NCBI RefSeq assembly: GCF_001194135.2
Contig: NC_068987.1
Span: forward strand, 11,536,157 to 11,600,156
DNA: 64,000 nt
Reading direction: 5' to 3'
From: Octopus bimaculoides
Lineage: Eukaryota
The first letter of the stretch is position 1; each line of letters begins with the position of its first letter. Positions 60,707-64,000 of the stretch are shown here, one piece after another. Both the position numbers and the translations under genes were made by a program. Below the pieces are notes generated by a model. It had not been told where the DNA came from. It ran no database searches and was given only the letters and a program-made list of their open reading frames with translations.

Positions 60707-63655
60707 TGTTGCGTTCTTGAGCAAAACACTCCATTTTATGTTGCTCCAGTCCACTCAGCTGGTAAAAATGAGTAAGCCTGTGATGGACTGGTGTCTCATC
60801 CAGGGAGGAATATATTCACCAGAGAAACCAGGAGACTAACCCATTGCTCCTTATGGAGTGATGTGGTCTAACCTTCATTATATATTTAGGTTGTCCTCGC
60901 ATTTGTTGTTGCAACAGAATAAATGGATTAAAAATATTCCACTAAATTACATACCTGAAGAGCTGCCTGTAGGAGTTTTCCCTGGTTTTGTTGTTATATG
61001 TTTTCCTGGTGTTGTTTTTGAATGTTTTCCTGGTGTTGTTTTTGAATGTTTTCCTGGTGTTGTCGTTGGTGTAGTATGAACTAGATGACAGAAAAAAAAA
61101 GGTGAACATATAAACATTTGTTTAATATACTAAAAGTATAAACAACTGCGAAACAACTGGAATCAAGGTCATATTATGATCCCTATATATTTAAACATTG
61201 AACCAATTGAGGCAAGTTCAATACTAGATAATGGTATATGCTAGTATTCTTCCAGAATAGATACACATAAGTCTGGATCATTAGTATTAAGTAAAACTGA
61301 CCATTGTAGGTAAAATCCAAATCTGAGCATGTAGAAAGAAGGAAAGAAGAAAGGAGATGTGCAGATACTTTCTCAACAGCTGTTTCAAGTATAGATATGC
61401 AGATGATGCATTTCCCTGTAAATGATCAAGCAACAACATTATAGTTGCGATGTGGGTTTAGGCAATAAGTTAACTGAAGCCCTAATTGTAGGTGCCTGTT
61501 ACCTTACGTCATCAGTTGTAATATTGGTTTCAAATTTTGGCACAAGGCCAGTAATCTTGGAGGAGGGAGTAAGGCGATTACATCGATCTTAATGTCCAAC
61601 TTGTGCTTATTTTATCGATCCCAATAGGATGAAAGGCAAAGTCAATCTTGGCAGAATTTGAACTCAGAATGTAAAGCGGGATGAAATGCTGCTAAGCGTT
61701 TCGCCCGGCATGCTAACGTTTCTGCCAGTTTGCCGCCTTGACAGAGAAGAAATAATAAACAGCTAAATACTGAGACAAAGTGATTACTTACTTCTGATTG
61801 GTGCAGGGTCACAGTTTATTAATTTCAGGTCATCAACAGCTATATCTGTGGTTATTGTTAATGTTCCTGACTGAGTCTGTGGGAGTGCTTGAAATTGTAA
61901 CTGCAGCAAAAGAAAACAAAAAAAAAACCAGTCAAGTATATATACATACATACATGAAATCAAAATCGTGATGGCACCTGTACCAGTGGAGCGCTAAGAG
62001 CACCGTCCAAGCATGATCATTGCCAGATNNNNNNNNNNNNNNNNNNNNNNNNNNNNNNNNNNNNNNNNNNNNNNNNNNNNNNNNNNNNNNNNNNNNNNNN
62101 NNNNNNNNNNNNNNNNNNNNNNNNNNNNNNNNNNNNNNNNNNNNNNNNNNNNNNNNNNNNNNNNNNNNNNNNNNNNNNNNNNNNNNNNNNNNNNNNNNNN
62201 NNNNNNNNNNNNNNNNNNNNNNNNNNNNNNNNNNNNNNNNNNNNNNNNNNNNNNNNNNNNNNNNNNNNNNNNNNNNNNNNNNNNNNNNNNNNNNNNNNNN
62301 NNNNNNNNNNNNNNNNNNNNNNNNNNNNNNNNNNNNNNNNNNNNNNNNNNNNNNNNNNNNNNNNNNNNNNNNNNNNNNNNNNNNNNNNNNNNNNNNNNNN
62401 NNNNNNNNNNNNNNNNNNNNNNNNNNNNNNNNNNNNNNNNNNNNNNNNNNNNNNNNNNNNNNNNNNNNNNNNNNNNNNNNNNNNNNNNNNNNNNNNNNNN
62501 NNNNNNNNNNNNNNNNNNNNNNNNNNNNNNNNNNNNNNNNNNNNNNNNNNNNNNNNNNNNNNNNNNNNNNNNNNNNNNNNNNNNNNNNNNNNNNNNNNNN
62601 NNNNAATCCACATGTACACATACACTCACACATACACACATGCACACACACACACATATGTATGTGTGTGTATATATATATATACATACATACATGAAAT
62701 CAAAATCGTGATGGCACCTGTACCAGTGGAGCGCTAAGAGCACCGTCCAAGCATGATCATTGCCAGATCAGCTATCTGGCTTCCGTACCAGTGGCAAGTA
62801 AATAGCGCCATTTGAGCGTGATTGTTACCAGCGTCGCCTTACTGGCACTTGTGCCGGTGGCACATGAAAAAACATTTGAGTGAGATCGTTGCCAGTGCAG
62901 CTTGACTGGCTCCTGTGCAGGTGGCACGTAAAATACACCATTTTGAGCTTGGCCGTTGCTAGTACTGCCTGACTGGCTTTGTGCTGGTGGCGCGTAAAAG
63001 CACCCACCACACTCTTCAGCAATATGCTGTGCTTAAATAAAAGACCTATCAAGCCAAGTGAAATTGTAGTCATGGCAGATACTGGTGTCATGCAAATGGC
63101 ACCCATGCCAGTGGTACATAAAAGCACCCATTACACTCTCGGAGTGGTTGGCATTAGGAAGGGCATCCAGCTATAGAAACCATGCCAAATCTGACTGGAG
63201 TCTAGTGCAGCCCCTTGCCAGCTCTAGTCAAACCATTCAACCCATGCCAGCATGGACAGCAGGTGTTAAATGATGATGATAATGATAACGATGAAGATGA
63301 TAATATTTAGAACATAAATTATCACAAAATTTTGATGGAAGCTTTCCAGCTTACCAGCTTCAGTCAGACTCTCCAACCCATGCCAGCATGGAAAACAGAC
63401 GTTAAAGGATGATGATGACTTTAAACAGAAAGTTTGTTTCATAAACCAGGTGTAACCTCTGGTGGGTTGGTATCAAAAGGGTTAAGAAAGAAGGTATTAA
63501 CAATTAAGAAAATGATCTTACACTGAATCCACGTTCATGAGCTCCTATTTTCACAGATTGCTTAACCCAAGCGTTTCCAAGGTCCTTTTTCTGACTGTAC
63601 AGATTTTTCAGAATTTTCCCAGTTACAGGGTCAATCATGTTAAGTTTCAAAATTC
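48579..63655 (-). CDS. MAM- and LDLa-domain type-I membrane receptor (MALRD1/MAMDC4-like architecture), 5'-partial, 9 exons: 63655-63522, 61900-61792, 61080-60955, 59735-59673, 58188-58030, 55826-55713, 52960-52864, 50978-50924, 48629-48579
   Basis: All nine exons join in frame (phases 1,0,1,1,1,1,1,2,0). Motifs: MAM-like DLGNAW and DIAVDDL..C, two 6-Cys LDLa modules ending NGEDE and DNSDE, hydrophobic helix followed by KRR, DNPVY and ENPLY. Orthology cannot be assigned without a search. Confidence 0.88.
50005..50240 (-). mobile_element. SINE-like family D with (CAA)n tail; related pieces about 13620-13850, 35410-35640, 42890-43110, 60700-60860
   Basis: Shared ccagtccactcagctgg and caaagggccagccttgtcacactctgtgtca...gacggagtgcca blocks. 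Confidence 0.65.
50924..50978 (-). CDS. Cytoplasmic exon 1 ([18 protein letters not shown]), NPxY motif
   Basis: T-rich tract + cag acceptor, GAT|gtaagt donor, 55 nt. Confidence 0.88.
51309..51573. mobile_element. Solo LTR, 265 bp
   Basis: TGTT...AACA termini, exact 5-bp TSD GATAG at 51304-51308 and 51574-51578, internal TATATA and AATAAA. Confidence 0.82.
51591..52270 (+). mobile_element. Mariner transposon remnant (internally deleted)
   Basis: TA+tgaggtctgatgaataagt start; KWFRRFQDG...RSGRP and [14 protein letters not shown] mariner N-terminal motifs. Confidence 0.85.
52864..52960 (-). CDS. Transmembrane exon ([31 protein letters not shown]) with GC donor
   Basis: tttttag acceptor, about 23 hydrophobic residues then KRR, AAG|gcaagt donor gives the phase 2 required by the next exon. 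Confidence 0.9.
53289..53614 (+). mobile_element. Decayed LINE (RTE/L2-like) C-terminal fragment inserted in a reversed hAT MITE (53103-53743)
   Basis: [25 protein letters not shown] resembles the GRPxxxW...L RT C-terminal motif; MITE sequence resumes after it. Confidence 0.55.
55713..55826 (-). CDS. LDLa module 2 exon ([37 protein letters not shown])
   Basis: ttacag acceptor, gtaagt donor, 114 nt, six Cys and DxSDE. Confidence 0.92.
55971..56610 (-). mobile_element. R4/Dong-like non-LTR retrotransposon 3' fragment (zinc knuckle + restriction-like endonuclease)
   Basis: [14 protein letters not shown]...[11 protein letters not shown] and [17 protein letters not shown]...IIVDI...EKVEKY; 3' end abuts (TAA)n. 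Confidence 0.85.
56945..57170 (-). mobile_element. Second R4/Dong-like 3' terminal fragment
   Basis: [21 protein letters not shown] terminus, flanked by ATT-type repeats. Confidence 0.7.
57170..57925. repeat. Cluster of (ATT)n/(ATC)n/(GTT)n microsatellites around a SINE B copy; similar arrays at 55310-55405 and 55936-55970
   Basis: Directly visible. Confidence 0.9.
58030..58188 (-). CDS. LDLa module 1 exon ([22 protein letters not shown]...[16 protein letters not shown])
   Basis: tttttcag acceptor, gtaagt donor, 159 nt, six Cys with acidic C-terminal cluster. Confidence 0.95.
59673..59735 (-). CDS. Mucin-like stalk exon B ([20 protein letters not shown]), paralogue of exon A
   Basis: tag acceptor, CAG|gtacgt donor, 63 nt symmetric phase 1, open frame. 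Confidence 0.72.
60955..61080 (-). CDS. Mucin-like stalk exon A ([41 protein letters not shown])
   Basis: tag acceptor after T-tract, CAG|gtatgt donor, 126 nt symmetric phase 1, internal 24-bp tandem repeat. Confidence 0.82.
61792..61900 (-). CDS. MAM C-terminal exon (LQFQA...[18 protein letters not shown])
   Basis: ttttgctgcag acceptor, gtaagt donor, 109 nt, DIA(I/V)DD MAM terminal motif. Confidence 0.9.
63522..63655 (-). CDS. MAM-domain exon ([44 protein letters not shown])
   Basis: Long polypyrimidine tract + tag acceptor, gtaaga donor, 134 nt, MAM-like G..W....V.I...F pattern. Confidence 0.85.
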
Positions 63656-63759
63656 CTATAGATGAAAAGAAAAAAAAAATGGAGAAAATACTGATTCAGT
63701 TTAATATACAGAATAAATTATGTAAGTGTGTGTGTGGGCACACATGCACACATCCATAC

Positions 63760-63963
63760 ACACACACACAAATATATATATACATATATATATATATATA
63801 TGTATATGTATATATATATGTATATATATGTATGTATATATGTATATATATATGTATATATATATGTATGTATATATGTATGTATATATATATATGTATA
63901 TATATATATATGTACATATATACATATATATATATATGTACATAAACATGTATATATATGTAT

Positions 63964-64000
<37 letters not shown>
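63760..64000. repeat. (TA)n/(TATG)n microsatellite; similar tracts throughout the window, many bordering N gaps
   Basis: Directly visible. Confidence 0.95.

Noticed and set aside
61935-62770. About 90-bp exact direct repeat on both sides of the gap at 62029-62604
   Set aside because: Identical sequence flanking a gap is most simply an unmerged contig overlap or haplotype artefact

Overview
AT-rich, gap-containing eukaryotic genomic DNA dominated by microsatellites and SINEs. The repeat style points to a cephalopod, most likely Octopus (inference). Two convergent protein-coding genes could be spliced together by hand with consistent phases. (1) A complete 4-exon LC3/Atg8-family gene on the + strand, join(29745..29787,39660..39715,40569..40675,41268..41436), 124 aa. 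(2) The 3' nine exons of a minus-strand type-I membrane protein (63655 to 48579): MAM domain C-terminal half, Thr/Pro/Lys/His-rich stalk encoded partly by two paralogous exons, two LDLa modules, a TM helix and a tail with two NPxY motifs, including a GC-AG intron. Its 5' end lies beyond the window. The left 29 kb has no identifiable CDS, only promoter-like islands and orphan splice signals. Mobile elements include several SINE-like families, RTE and R4/Dong-like LINE fragments, an IR/DR Tc1 nested in a hAT MITE, mariner remnants, piggyBac-like MITEs, a solo LTR and several fold-back elements. No rRNA, true tRNA gene or CRISPR array was found. Coordinates were counted by eye; repeat boundaries are approximate.
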